Part shown: one piece after another, positions 53,826 through 61,792 of the stretch | How the letters are laid out: each line of letters starts with the position of its first letter | Numbering within the stretch: position 1 is the first letter of the stretch | Source: an uncultured Ilumatobacteraceae bacterium | GTDB lineage: Bacteria > Actinomycetota > Acidimicrobiia > Acidimicrobiales > Ilumatobacteraceae | Assembly: GCA_964350535.1 (NCBI GenBank) | Contig: CAYGLH010000001.1 | Coordinates: 1 to 61,792, forward strand | DNA: 61,792 bases | Direction of reading: 5' to 3' | Made by a program: the position numbers and the translations under genes | The notes under the pieces: generated by a model | Told to the model about the DNA's origin: nothing | What the model saw: the letters and a program-made list of their open reading frames with translations, nothing else | The model's database searches: none

Positions 53826-55598
53826 ATGACCACGAGCACGATCCCGCGCGGCGGGGCCCCCGACACCTCGCTCGGCGACCCCGTCGCGCCGGCGCCCGTG
53901 CTCGCGGTCGGGTCACTGTCGAAGACGTACCCGGGTCAGCTCGCGCTCGACTCGGCGCACCTGGAGGTGCGGCCCGGCGAGGTGCACGCGCTCGTCGGCC
54001 AGAACGGGTCGGGCAAGTCGACCCTGATCAAGCTGCTCGCCGGATACGTGCGCGCCGACCACGGCGCAGAGGTCGTGCTCGGCGGGCGGCGGGTCGACCT
54101 CTGGCACCTCGACCATCACGACCGCCAGCGGATCCGCATCGTCCACCAGGACCTCGGTCTGGTCCCGGCACTCAGCACCGTCGAGAACCTCGGGCTCGGG
54201 CACGGGTACAGCACCGGCTTCGGTGGCCACATCAGGTGGCGGCACGAGGTGCGCCGGGCCCAAGAGCTGTTGCTGCGCTTCGGGCTGGCGCCCGACGTGC
54301 GCCAGCCCGTCGCCACGCTCTCGGCGGCGGAGCAGGCGGCGGTGGCGATCGTGCGGGCCCTGCAGGACTGGGACGACAGCGAGCCCGGCCTGCTGGTGCT
54401 CGACGAGCCGACCGCGTCGCTCAACCGAGGTGAGGTCGACGCGCTCTTCCGCGAAGTACGTCGCGTGGCCGACGTCGGTGGCGGCGTGCTGTTCGTCAGC
54501 CACGTGCTCGACGAGGTGCTCGAGCTGGCCGACCGGGTGACGGTGCTCCGCGACGGCAAGGTCGTCGCGGCAGGTGTTCACGTCGGCGACCTCGACGTGG
54601 ACCGGCTCGTCGAGCTGATCGTCGGCCGGCGGGTCGAAGACCTCTTCCCGGATCGCCGGGTCGGCGCCGGACGCCCGGCCCTGGAGGCGGAGATGGTGTT
54701 CGGCATGACGCTGCGCGGCGTGTCGCTCAAGCTCCACGCCGGCGAGGTGCTCGGCGTCGCCGGACTCGTCGGATCGGGGCGCGAGGAGATCGCCGGGGCG
54801 CTCTTCGGCGCCACGCCGCGGTTCGCCGGGAAGGTGCTCGTCGACAAGCGCAAGGTGTTCGCCACGCCGCGCGACTCGATCGAGGCGGGGATGGCGCTCG
54901 TGCCCGCCGACCGCAAGTCGCACGGCCTCGATCCGCAAGAGCGGCTGTACGAGCACATTCCGCTGCCCCGCCTCGGACCGCTCGAACAGCGCGGCCGGTT
55001 GAGCCGACGGGCGATGAGGTCGGCCTCGGCGGAGTGGGCCGAGCGGCTCGACGTGCAGCCACCGCTGCTCGACCGCCGGATGGAGAAGTTCAGCGGCGGC
55101 AACCAGCAGAAGGCCGTTTTGGCGCGGTGGCTGCGCACCGAACCTCGGGTGCTGCTGCTCGACGAGCCGACCCAGGGTGTCGACGTCGGCGCGAAAGCGG
55201 CGATCTACCAGCAGATCAGCGACGCCGCCGCGAACGGCATGGCGGTGCTGGTGGCCTCCTCCGATGCCGAGGAGCTCGTCCACCTCTGTGATCGCGTGCT
55301 CGTGATGCGCTCGGGCGCCGTCGCCGTGGAGTTGAGCGGGTCGACATTGGACGAAGGCCGGGTGATCGCCGAGACGCTCGGGGCGACGTCGCGCCGCAAG
55401 ACGATGCGCACCGCGCGCGACCCGGTGTCGTTCATCGTGATCCGCGACGACGCCGACGTTGCCGCCGACGCCGAAGATGCCGCGGACGACGCGCCACCGG
55501 ACGCCGTCGACATCGCACCACCATCGACCCCCGGCCGCCTGGCGACGCTCGCTGGTGCCCTGCGGTCCAAGCTCACCGGATGGAGGCGACGCGGGTGA
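53826..55598 (+). CDS. Sugar ABC transporter ATP-binding protein, duplicated ABC domains (RbsA/MglA-like), with C-terminal extension
   Basis: First domain: GQNGSGKST, LSAAEQAAV, LLVLDEPTASL. Second domain: ..GLVGSGREE.., FSGGNQQKAV, VLLLDEPTQGVD. A non-ABC acidic/basic tail of about 75 aa follows. Confidence 0.9.
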   Translation: MTTSTIPRGGAPDTSLGDPVAPAPVLAVGSLSKTYPGQLALDSAHLEVRPGEVHALVGQNGSGKSTLIKLLAGYVRADHGAEVVLGGRRVDLWHLDHHDRQRIRIVHQDLGLVPALSTVENLGLGHGYSTGFGGHIRWRHEVRRAQELLLRFGLAPDVRQPVATLSAAEQAAVAIVRALQDWDDSEPGLLVLDEPTASLNRGEVDALFREVRRVADVGGGVLFVSHVLDEVLELADRVTVLRDGKVVAAGVHVGDLDVDRLVELIVGRRVEDLFPDRRVGAGRPALEAEMVFGMTLRGVSLKLHAGEVLGVAGLVGSGREEIAGALFGATPRFAGKVLVDKRKVFATPRDSIEAGMALVPADRKSHGLDPQERLYEHIPLPRLGPLEQRGRLSRRAMRSASAEWAERLDVQPPLLDRRMEKFSGGNQQKAVLARWLRTEPRVLLLDEPTQGVDVGAKAAIYQQISDAAANGMAVLVASSDAEELVHLCDRVLVMRSGAVAVELSGSTLDEGRVIAETLGATSRRKTMRTARDPVSFIVIRDDADVAADAEDAADDAPPDAVDIAPPSTPGRLATLAGALRSKLTGWRRRG

Positions 55599-56842
55599 GG
55601 GTCGACGACCGGTCGGGCGACGTCACGCACCGCACGACGCTGAAGAAGAACAAGCTGACCCGTCGGCACAAGGTGGTCGACGAGCGGATCGAGCGCACCA
55701 AGAAGATCGACAGCCGGTTCGACACGCGCCGGTCTCCCATCAAGTGGAAGATGTTCTCCCCGCGCAACATCGGCGTCGTCTACCTCTACCTGCTGATCTG
55801 GACCGTGTTCATGATCTGGGTGCCCGACACGTGGTTCACGTGGCTCACCCACCGATCGGTGCTCAACGCCAACGCGATCCTCGTCGTCACCTCGATCGGG
55901 CTACTCGTGCCGCTCGCCGCGGGTGCGTTCGACCTCTCGATCGCGGGCACGATCTCCGCATCGTCGGTGACCGCCGGCTGGGCGATGGTCGACCAAGGGT
56001 GGTCGACACCGATGGGAATCCTCGCCGCGCTGGCCGTCGGGCTCGTCGTCGGGAACATCAACGGCTTTCTCGTGGTGAAGATCAAGATCGACTCGTTCAT
56101 CGCGACGCTCGGCATGAGCTCGATCCTCACCGCGTTCGCGGTGTGGTTGTCCGACAACCGATCGATCCTCGGGTTTCCCGACTCGTTCAAGAACCTCGCC
56201 ACCGAGTTCGCGTGGGGGCTCAACAAGACGGTGATCTTCGCCCTCGTGCTGGCCCTCGTGCTGTGGTACGTGTTCGAGCACACCGCTGCTGGCCGCTACC
56301 TGTTCGCCACCGGCGGTGCCCGCGACGCCGCCCGCCTCGCCGGCGTGCAGACCGACCGCTACGTCTGGGGATCCCTCGTCGTGTCCGCCACCTTCGCGGC
56401 GCTCGCCGGGGTCATGCTCGCCGCCCAGTTCGGCTCGACCCAGGCGCAGTCCGGAGCGCCGTACCTGCTGCCGGCCTTCGCCGCGGCGTTCCTCGGTTCG
56501 ACGCAGTTCAAGCGACGGTTCAACGTGTGGGGTGCCGTGCTCGCGGTGTTCGTCCTGCAGTCCGGCGTGAAGGGCCTCCAGTTGGCGGGAGTCGGCACGA
56601 CGTGGATCGAGTCGTTGTTCTTCGGCGTGGCGTTGATCGTCGCCGTCGGGTTCTCGTCGTACCGCAAGCGGGTGCACGGTGGACAGCGTCGGTGGTGGCG
56701 GCGCGAGGAGAGCGGCCCCGACCGGTTCCTCGGCAAGCTCCTGGGCTGGGGCAGCCCGAAGACCGACCAGAGCAAGCAGAACGCGCAGGAGTGGTGGTTC
56801 GATCCGGAGGACACCGAGGGTCACCACATCAAGCCGGAATGA
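55580..56842 (+). CDS. Sugar ABC transporter permease (RbsC-like, BPD_transp_2) with basic N-terminal and C-terminal extensions
   Basis: The core ..LLVPLAAGAFDLSIAGTIS.., ..VKIKIDSFIATLGM.., ..AGRYLFATGGARDAARLAGV.. is typical RbsC/XylH. Start is ATG 55580, or GTG 55595 (GTGA overlap). Confidence 0.85.
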   Translation: MEATRVRVDDRSGDVTHRTTLKKNKLTRRHKVVDERIERTKKIDSRFDTRRSPIKWKMFSPRNIGVVYLYLLIWTVFMIWVPDTWFTWLTHRSVLNANAILVVTSIGLLVPLAAGAFDLSIAGTISASSVTAGWAMVDQGWSTPMGILAALAVGLVVGNINGFLVVKIKIDSFIATLGMSSILTAFAVWLSDNRSILGFPDSFKNLATEFAWGLNKTVIFALVLALVLWYVFEHTAAGRYLFATGGARDAARLAGVQTDRYVWGSLVVSATFAALAGVMLAAQFGSTQAQSGAPYLLPAFAAAFLGSTQFKRRFNVWGAVLAVFVLQSGVKGLQLAGVGTTWIESLFFGVALIVAVGFSSYRKRVHGGQRRWWRREESGPDRFLGKLLGWGSPKTDQSKQNAQEWWFDPEDTEGHHIKPE

Positions 56843-56869
56843 CGATCGATCGGAAGTGGAGATGAGTCG

Positions 56870-59203
56870 ATGAGCCTCGTGGGAGCCAAGGTGCTGCGCA
56901 AGGAGGACCCGCGCCTGCTGACCGGGACGGGCACCTTCGTCGACGATCTCGCGCCGCCGCGCACGCTGTTCGCGGAGTTCGTGATGTCCACCGAGGCGCA
57001 CGCCCGGATCAGCTCCATCGACGTGCGTCGGGCGCTCGCCGTCGATGGCGTCGTCGGCGTGTACACCGCGGCCGACTTCACCGAGTACCCCGACCTGCCG
57101 CAAGGGCTGCCCGAGCTCGAGCGCCCGGTGCTCGCCCGGAACACGGTCCGCTTCGTCGGCGAGCCGGTGGCGGTGGTGGTGGCGGAGGACCGCTATGCGG
57201 CCGCCGACGCCCTCGACGCGGTGGAGGTGGCCTACGAGCCGTTGCCGGCGATGAGCACGATCGAGGCAGCCACCGCGCCCGATGCCACCCCGCTCTTCGC
57301 CCACCACGGATCGAACGTGATCACCGTGGTGCCGATGCTCGACGACCTCGAGAAGCAACTCGACGCGAGCGATCAGCGGGCCAGCTTGCACGTCGTCAAC
57401 CAGCGCTGCGCGGCGGTGCCGATCGAGCCGGTCGCGTGCCTGGCCGACTGGCGACCCGACGGGCTCACCGTGTGGGCCACCACCCAGGCGCCCCACCACC
57501 TCCGCAACCAGCTCGCCACCTGGCTCGACCTGAGCCAGACCGAGTGCCGCGTGATCGCCCCCGATGTCGGCGGGGGGTTCGGCTCGAAGATGGTGTGGTA
57601 CCCGGAGCTGTTCGTCGCGCCAGCGCTGTCCAAGCTGACCCGCCGCCCGGTGAAGTTCGCCCAGACCCGCTCCGAAGCGATGGTCCAGATGTCGCCCGGC
57701 CGCGACCAGGTGCACGACATCGACATCGGCTTCGGGCGCGACGGGCGCATCAAGGCGCTGCGCCTGGTGGTCACCCAGAACCTCGGTGCGTATCCCGACC
57801 CGACCGGACTCGGCCTGGCCGTGCTCACCACGTGGATGGCGGCGGGGGCGTATCGCATCCCGAAGGTGGAGGCGTCGTACCGCACGGTCACCACGAACAC
57901 CACGCCGGTCGCGGCATATCGCGGTGCCGGCAGGCCCGAGGCGGCGTTCTCCATCGAGCGCATCGTCGATGTCGTCGCCCGTCGCACCGGCCTCGACCCG
58001 GCCGAGGTTCGGCGTCGGAACTTCATCCCGGCGTCGTCGTTCCCGTACGAGACCCACAACGAGGCCGTCGTCTACGACTCGGCCGACTTCGACGCGGCGC
58101 TGAACGAGTGCCTGCGGATCGTCGACTACGACGCGGTGCGCGTCGAGCAGGCGCGTCGTCGGCGCGACGATCCCGACGGCAAGCTCCTCGGCATCGGCTT
58201 GTCGTGCTGGCTGGAGATCGCCGGGTTCGGGCCGAACGGCTCGCTCGAAGGGTTCGGTCACCTGGCCTCGTGGGAGTCGGCACAGATCCGCGTGCAGCCC
58301 GACGGGTCGGCGATCGTGTTCGCCGGCAGCTCGCCGCACGGACAGGGACACGAGACCACCTTCGCCCAGATCGCCTCCGACGAACTGGGCATCTCCTTCG
58401 ATCGCATCCAGGTCCGCACCGGCGACACCGCAACGGTCATCCAGGGGATCGGGACGATGGGCTCGCGCGGGGTGCCGACCGCCGGTTCGGCGGTGAAGGT
58501 CGCGTCGGGCCGAGTGCTCGAACGGGCCAAGCGGATCGCCGCCCACCTGCTCGAGGCCAGCGAGCACGACCTCGAGGTCACCGACGACGCGTTCAACGTG
58601 CGCGGTTCTCCCGGCAAGAAGGTGTCGTGGGGGGACGTCGCCTGGGCTTCGTTCCAGCCGCTCGCGATCCCCCCTGAGCTGCAGGCCGGCTCGCTGGAGG
58701 AGCGGCTCTTCCACGAGTCACCGAACTTCTCGTATCCCTCGGGCGCCTACGCCTGTGTGGTCGAGGTCGATCCGGCGACCGGCGCCACCGAGGTGCTCAA
58801 GATGGTGCTCGTCGACGACTGCGGCACGGCGCTCAACCAGCTGCTCGCCGAGGGGCAGGTCCACGGCGGCGTCGCGCAGGGCGTCGCCCAGGCGCTGTTC
58901 GAGGAGATGCGCTTCGACACCCGGAGCGGGCAGCCGGTCACCGCCACGCTGCTCGACTACCTCGCGCCGTCGGCCGCGGACGTCCCGGAGTTCGAAGCCG
59001 GACGCGTCACCACGCCGTGTCCGAACAACCCGCTCGGGGCGAAGGGGATCGGCGAGTCGGGGGCCGTCGGCGCTCCTGCCGCGGTGATCAACGCCGTCGT
59101 CGACGCCCTGGCGCCGTTCGGGGTCGAGCACATCGACATGCCGGCGACGCCCGAGAAGGTGTGGACAGCGATCAACGACGCTGCCGTGGGCGGTGCGCGA
59201 TGA
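56870..59203 (+). CDS. Xanthine-dehydrogenase-family molybdopterin-binding large subunit (form-II CoxL-like)
   Basis: GGAAGTGGAG precedes ATG 56870. N-terminal ..[22 protein letters not shown]... Active-site loop AYRGAGR at 57914-57934 (form-II type, not the CO-oxidising AYxCSFR). 777 aa. Confidence 0.9.
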   Translation: MSLVGAKVLRKEDPRLLTGTGTFVDDLAPPRTLFAEFVMSTEAHARISSIDVRRALAVDGVVGVYTAADFTEYPDLPQGLPELERPVLARNTVRFVGEPVAVVVAEDRYAAADALDAVEVAYEPLPAMSTIEAATAPDATPLFAHHGSNVITVVPMLDDLEKQLDASDQRASLHVVNQRCAAVPIEPVACLADWRPDGLTVWATTQAPHHLRNQLATWLDLSQTECRVIAPDVGGGFGSKMVWYPELFVAPALSKLTRRPVKFAQTRSEAMVQMSPGRDQVHDIDIGFGRDGRIKALRLVVTQNLGAYPDPTGLGLAVLTTWMAAGAYRIPKVEASYRTVTTNTTPVAAYRGAGRPEAAFSIERIVDVVARRTGLDPAEVRRRNFIPASSFPYETHNEAVVYDSADFDAALNECLRIVDYDAVRVEQARRRRDDPDGKLLGIGLSCWLEIAGFGPNGSLEGFGHLASWESAQIRVQPDGSAIVFAGSSPHGQGHETTFAQIASDELGISFDRIQVRTGDTATVIQGIGTMGSRGVPTAGSAVKVASGRVLERAKRIAAHLLEASEHDLEVTDDAFNVRGSPGKKVSWGDVAWASFQPLAIPPELQAGSLEERLFHESPNFSYPSGAYACVVEVDPATGATEVLKMVLVDDCGTALNQLLAEGQVHGGVAQGVAQALFEEMRFDTRSGQPVTATLLDYLAPSAADVPEFEAGRVTTPCPNNPLGAKGIGESGAVGAPAAVINAVVDALAPFGVEHIDMPATPEKVWTAINDAAVGGAR

Positions 59204-59703
59204 GCGGCGCACCGCAGCGTCGGGTCGGCGTCACGGTCACGGTCAACGGGACGCGCACCTCGCACGAGATCGATGCCCGCACGCTGCTCGTGCACTACCT
59301 CCGCGAGCACGAGCGCCTGACCGGCACCCACGTGGGGTGCGACACCTCGAACTGCGGCGCCTGCACGGTGCTGCTCGACGGTCGCTCGGTGAAGAGCTGC
59401 ACGGTGCTGGCCGTGCAGGCCGATGGAGGCGACGTGACGACCGTCGAGGGGCTCACGGGTCCGTACGACGGGATGTCGGCGGTGCAGGAGGGTTTCCGGC
59501 AGTGCCACGGCCTGCAGTGTGGCTACTGCACACCGGGCATGTTGATGGCCGCGACGGGCCTCGTCGACGATGCCGGCGAGCGCGCCGCCGAGCTGACCAG
59601 TGCCGAGATCCGCGAGGGCCTCGAGGGCAACCTGTGCCGGTGCACCGGCTATCAGATGATCGTCGATTCCATCCGCTGGGCCATCGAGCACCCCACCCCC
59701 TGA
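59200..59703 (+). CDS. (2Fe-2S)-binding small subunit of molybdenum hydroxylase (CoxS-like)
   Basis: ATGA overlap at 59200-59203. Cys motifs [19 protein letters not shown] and CRCTGY. Confidence 0.92.
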   Translation: MSGAPQRRVGVTVTVNGTRTSHEIDARTLLVHYLREHERLTGTHVGCDTSNCGACTVLLDGRSVKSCTVLAVQADGGDVTTVEGLTGPYDGMSAVQEGFRQCHGLQCGYCTPGMLMAATGLVDDAGERAAELTSAEIREGLEGNLCRCTGYQMIVDSIRWAIEHPTP

Positions 59704-59744
59704 CCTGTCACAAAGGTGTCAGACCCCGATGTAACAGGTCGCCG

Positions 59745-59960
59745 TCAGAGGTCGATCTCGACGCCGTCGTCGAGGAGCGCGATCGCGCCGCTCGGACAGT
59801 GACGGGCGGCGCGCAACAGCACCTCGTCGGCGGGGCGTGGCGCGTCGTCGGCGATCGTGGCGATCTGGTCGTCGTCGAAGACGAAGAAGTCCGGAGCGGC
59901 CAGGATGCACTTCCCCGAGCTCAGGCACTCGTCGCCGTCCAGCCGCACGTCATACCCCAT
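59745..59960 (-). CDS. Small ferredoxin (single-cluster, P450-partner type)
   Basis: 71 aa: MGYDVRLDGDECLSSGKCILAAPDFFVFDD...AARHCPSGAI. The C-x5-C ... CP spacing is like actinobacterial 3Fe-4S/4Fe-4S ferredoxins. Confidence 0.72.
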   Translation of the reverse strand: MGYDVRLDGDECLSSGKCILAAPDFFVFDDDQIATIADDAPRPADEVLLRAARHCPSGAIALLDDGVEIDL

Positions 59961-60007
59961 CGGAGCGACGTTAGTCCCCTGACGACGGGTCGCGCCGACT
60001 CGGTCGG

Positions 60008-60715
60008 TCACACGGCGTTGGCGGCCCAGCCTCCGTCCGCATAGAGCACCTCGCCACTGACGTACGAGGCCCGCTCGGAGAGCAGGAAGGCGGCGATCTC
60101 GCCGATCTCCGGAGGCTCGCCGACGCGACCGAGCGGCACGCGTCCGGTCAACCACTGGACCTGGTCGGGGTCGTCGAGCCGCTCAGCCGCCATGGGGGTG
60201 CGGATCGGGCCGGGGGCGATGGCGTTCGCCCGCACCCCGAGAGGAGCACCTTCGAGCGCGGCCGCCCTGGTGAGTGCGACGATGCCACCCTTCGATGCCA
60301 CGTAGTGGGCCTGGCCGGGGACAGCGATCGACGCGTTGACCGACGCGATCGTGACGATCGCCCGCGGTGCGCCGTCGCCGGGCACGGCGCGGAGGAACGC
60401 GCGGATCGCCAGCCACGTCCCCGTGAGGTTGACCCGGAGGTGACGCTCCCAGTCGGCGAGCGTCGTGTCGACGATCGCCGAGCGGGTGCGGATCCCGGCG
60501 CTGGTGACCAGCCCGTGGACCGTCCCGATCCCGGCCATCAACTCGTCCCACCCGCGCTCGTCGGTCACGTCGAGCCGATGGATGCCCTCGCCGCCGTCGC
60601 GGTCCACCCCGATCACGTTCCAGCCGTCGCGGGCGAGCACGGCCGAGCACGCGGCGCCGATCCCCGACGCGGCCCCCGTGACGACCACCGTGCGTCCGAC
60701 CCCCTCGTCCATCAC
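60008..60715 (-). CDS. SDR-family oxidoreductase
   Basis: VTGAASGIG, ..IASVNAS.., YVASK (YxxxK), ..GVRANAIAPGPIRTPM... Confidence 0.9.
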   Translation of the reverse strand: MMDEGVGRTVVVTGAASGIGAACSAVLARDGWNVIGVDRDGGEGIHRLDVTDERGWDELMAGIGTVHGLVTSAGIRTRSAIVDTTLADWERHLRVNLTGTWLAIRAFLRAVPGDGAPRAIVTIASVNASIAVPGQAHYVASKGGIVALTRAAALEGAPLGVRANAIAPGPIRTPMAAERLDDPDQVQWLTGRVPLGRVGEPPEIGEIAAFLLSERASYVSGEVLYADGGWAANAV

Positions 60716-60776
60716 CCGAGTGTGTCAGGTGTGGCCGGCGCACGTCGGGGCCGCGCGGTCTGGTAGCACTCCCACC

Positions 60777-61448
60777 GTGGACGATGTGGTCGCCGTACTG
60801 CGGGGCGCGCTGGAGGAGGTGGCGGTCGCGGACGATCGCGAGCCGATGCGGGCGTACATGCGCGGGCGCTTCGAGTTCATCGGGGTCAAGACACCGGCGC
60901 GTCGGAAGGCGACGCGGCGGATCGTGAGGTCGGCATTGGCCGAGGCGGATGGCGATGCTGCGGTCGCACTCGCGCAGGCCTGCTGGCGCCAGCCCGAGCG
61001 CGAGTTCCAGTACGTCGGCGCCGACGCGCTCGCGGCGCACGTCGAGGCGCTCGATGCCGGTCACCTCGGTGCCGTCGGCGGGCTGATCACGTCGAAGTCG
61101 TGGTGGGACACCGTCGACGCCCTCGCCACGGGGTGCGTGGAGCCGCTCGTGGCGGCGAACGATGCACTGGTGTCCGCGATGGACGAGTGGATCGACGACG
61201 CCGACATGTGGTTGGCGCGCACGGCGATCCTGCACCAACTGAAAGAGGGTGAGCGCACCGATCCCGAGCGGCTCTTCCGGTACTGCCTGCGCCGTGCCGA
61301 CGACGAACGCTTCTTCATCCGCAAGGCGATCGGCTGGGCGCTCCGGCAGTACGCCCGCACCGATCCCGGCGCGGTGCGCCGCTTCGTCGAGCACCACCGG
61401 GACACGCTCAGCGCGCTGACGGTGCGCGAGGCGACCAAGCACCTCTGA
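60777..61448 (+). CDS. DNA alkylation repair protein (AlkD-like HEAT-repeat family)
   Basis: ..MRAYMRGRFEFIGVKTPARR.., ..SKSWWDTVD.., ..FFIRKAIGWALRQYAR... GTG 60777 lies within track ORF 60465..61448. Confidence 0.8.
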   Translation: MDDVVAVLRGALEEVAVADDREPMRAYMRGRFEFIGVKTPARRKATRRIVRSALAEADGDAAVALAQACWRQPEREFQYVGADALAAHVEALDAGHLGAVGGLITSKSWWDTVDALATGCVEPLVAANDALVSAMDEWIDDADMWLARTAILHQLKEGERTDPERLFRYCLRRADDERFFIRKAIGWALRQYARTDPGAVRRFVEHHRDTLSALTVREATKHL

Positions 61449-61463
61449 CGCTCGTGCGTCCGC

Positions 61464-61792
61464 TCAGACGGCAGTCCCGTCGACCTCGATCGTGAACTTG
61501 TCCGGGTAGAAGCTGACGAGCCCCGCGATCGCCGCCGACTCGGGCAGTGGCGTCGGGTAGGACCAGACGGCGTCGTCGATGACGCGATCCTCGAGTTGCA
61601 CCGACCAGTAGCGCGCCCATCCCTTGTAGGGACATGCGGTCGCCGTGTCGGTGGGCCGCAACAGGTCGGCACGAACATCGGTCATCGGGAGGTAGAACCG
61701 CGCCGGCAGACCGGTCTCGAAGAGCACGGTGGGTCGATGCGAGTCAGCGACGATGTCGTCGCCGACCAGCACCCGCACGTGACGAGAGGACG
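61464..61792 (-). CDS. DUF427-domain protein (probably 5'-truncated by the window edge)
   Basis: ..ADSHRPTVLFETGLPARFYLP..., ..CPYKGWARYWSV.., ..VSFYPDK.. fit DUF427. The frame stays open from GTG 61778 to the window end, so the true start may lie outside. Confidence 0.75.
   Translation of the reverse strand, partial: SSRHVRVLVGDDIVADSHRPTVLFETGLPARFYLPMTDVRADLLRPTDTATACPYKGWARYWSVQLEDRVIDDAVWSYPTPLPESAAIAGLVSFYPDKFTIEVDGTAV

Noticed and set aside
56797-56806. GGTTCGATCC string resembling a tRNA T-loop
   Set aside because: The flanks cannot form a T-stem (GGTGG vs CGGAG) or a cloverleaf. It lies inside the permease coding frame (..EWWFDPED..).
55901-58714. 937-aa minus-strand ORF spanning the permease and CoxL genes
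   Set aside because: It crosses a gene boundary, is antisense to two homology-supported genes, and has R/G/E/P-rich junk composition.
56870-59203. Aerobic carbon-monoxide dehydrogenase
   Set aside because: The active-site loop is AYRGAGR (form II), not AYxCSFR. There is no coxM, coxD/E/F or other accessory gene nearby, so CO oxidation is unlikely.
1-61792. Mobile elements, prophage, defence islands, toxin-antitoxin pairs, PKS/NRPS/RiPP cores
   Set aside because: No integrase, transposase, recombinase, nuclease-helicase, Cas, restriction-modification or biosynthetic core motifs were seen in any supported frame. Composition looks uniform across the window.

Overview
Very GC-rich (about 70% by eye, not computed), almost gap-free coding window typical of an actinobacterial chromosome; any finer lineage guess would be inference only. 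I call 63 protein-coding genes, the first and last truncated by the window edges. I found no rRNA, tRNA, CRISPR array, transposase, integrase or prophage signature. Many adjacent genes share 1-8 nt start/stop overlaps (ATGA, GTGA, TGATG), so most of the window is organised in tight operons. In order, the content is: (1) a TauD fragment, a Fur-family regulator, a NikABCDE/Dpp-type ABC importer, a class-V PLP enzyme and an APH-like kinase, all co-directional; (2) PhzF-like, purE, purK; (3) homocysteine methyltransferase, trmB, TauD, D-aminoacylase, ROK kinase; (4) a stand-alone E1 (AceE-like), a hyper-acidic lipoprotein, engB, tspO, an MMPL transporter; (5) amidase, PhyH dioxygenase, and a four-gene double ABC-2 exporter; (6) azlCD, a geranylgeranyl-reductase-like flavoprotein, nitronate monooxygenase, a 2-hydroxyacid dehydrogenase; (7) a five-gene membrane-anchored DUF4129 / MoxR AAA+ / DUF58 operon; (8) a NatAB-like ABC exporter and a NUDIX hydrolase; (9) an oxidative island with two amidohydrolases, a TIM-barrel isomerase, two paralogous P450s, two SDRs and ThuA; (10) a TrmB-type regulator, an NTF2-like protein, a CUT2-type sugar ABC importer and a form-II CoxL/CoxS molybdenum hydroxylase with no FAD subunit; (11) ferredoxin, SDR, an AlkD-like repair protein and DUF427. 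I see no canonical defence system, toxin-antitoxin pair or PKS/NRPS core. The best candidates for an undescribed system are the MoxR/DUF58/DUF4129 module with two unassignable membrane partners (35644-39753), the P450/ThuA/SDR/amidohydrolase island (42421-50380), and the sugar-type ABC importer fused in operon with a two-subunit Mo-hydroxylase (50795-59703). All functional calls rest on motif recognition in the supplied translations. No database search was possible, so family assignments are expert pattern matches, not hits.
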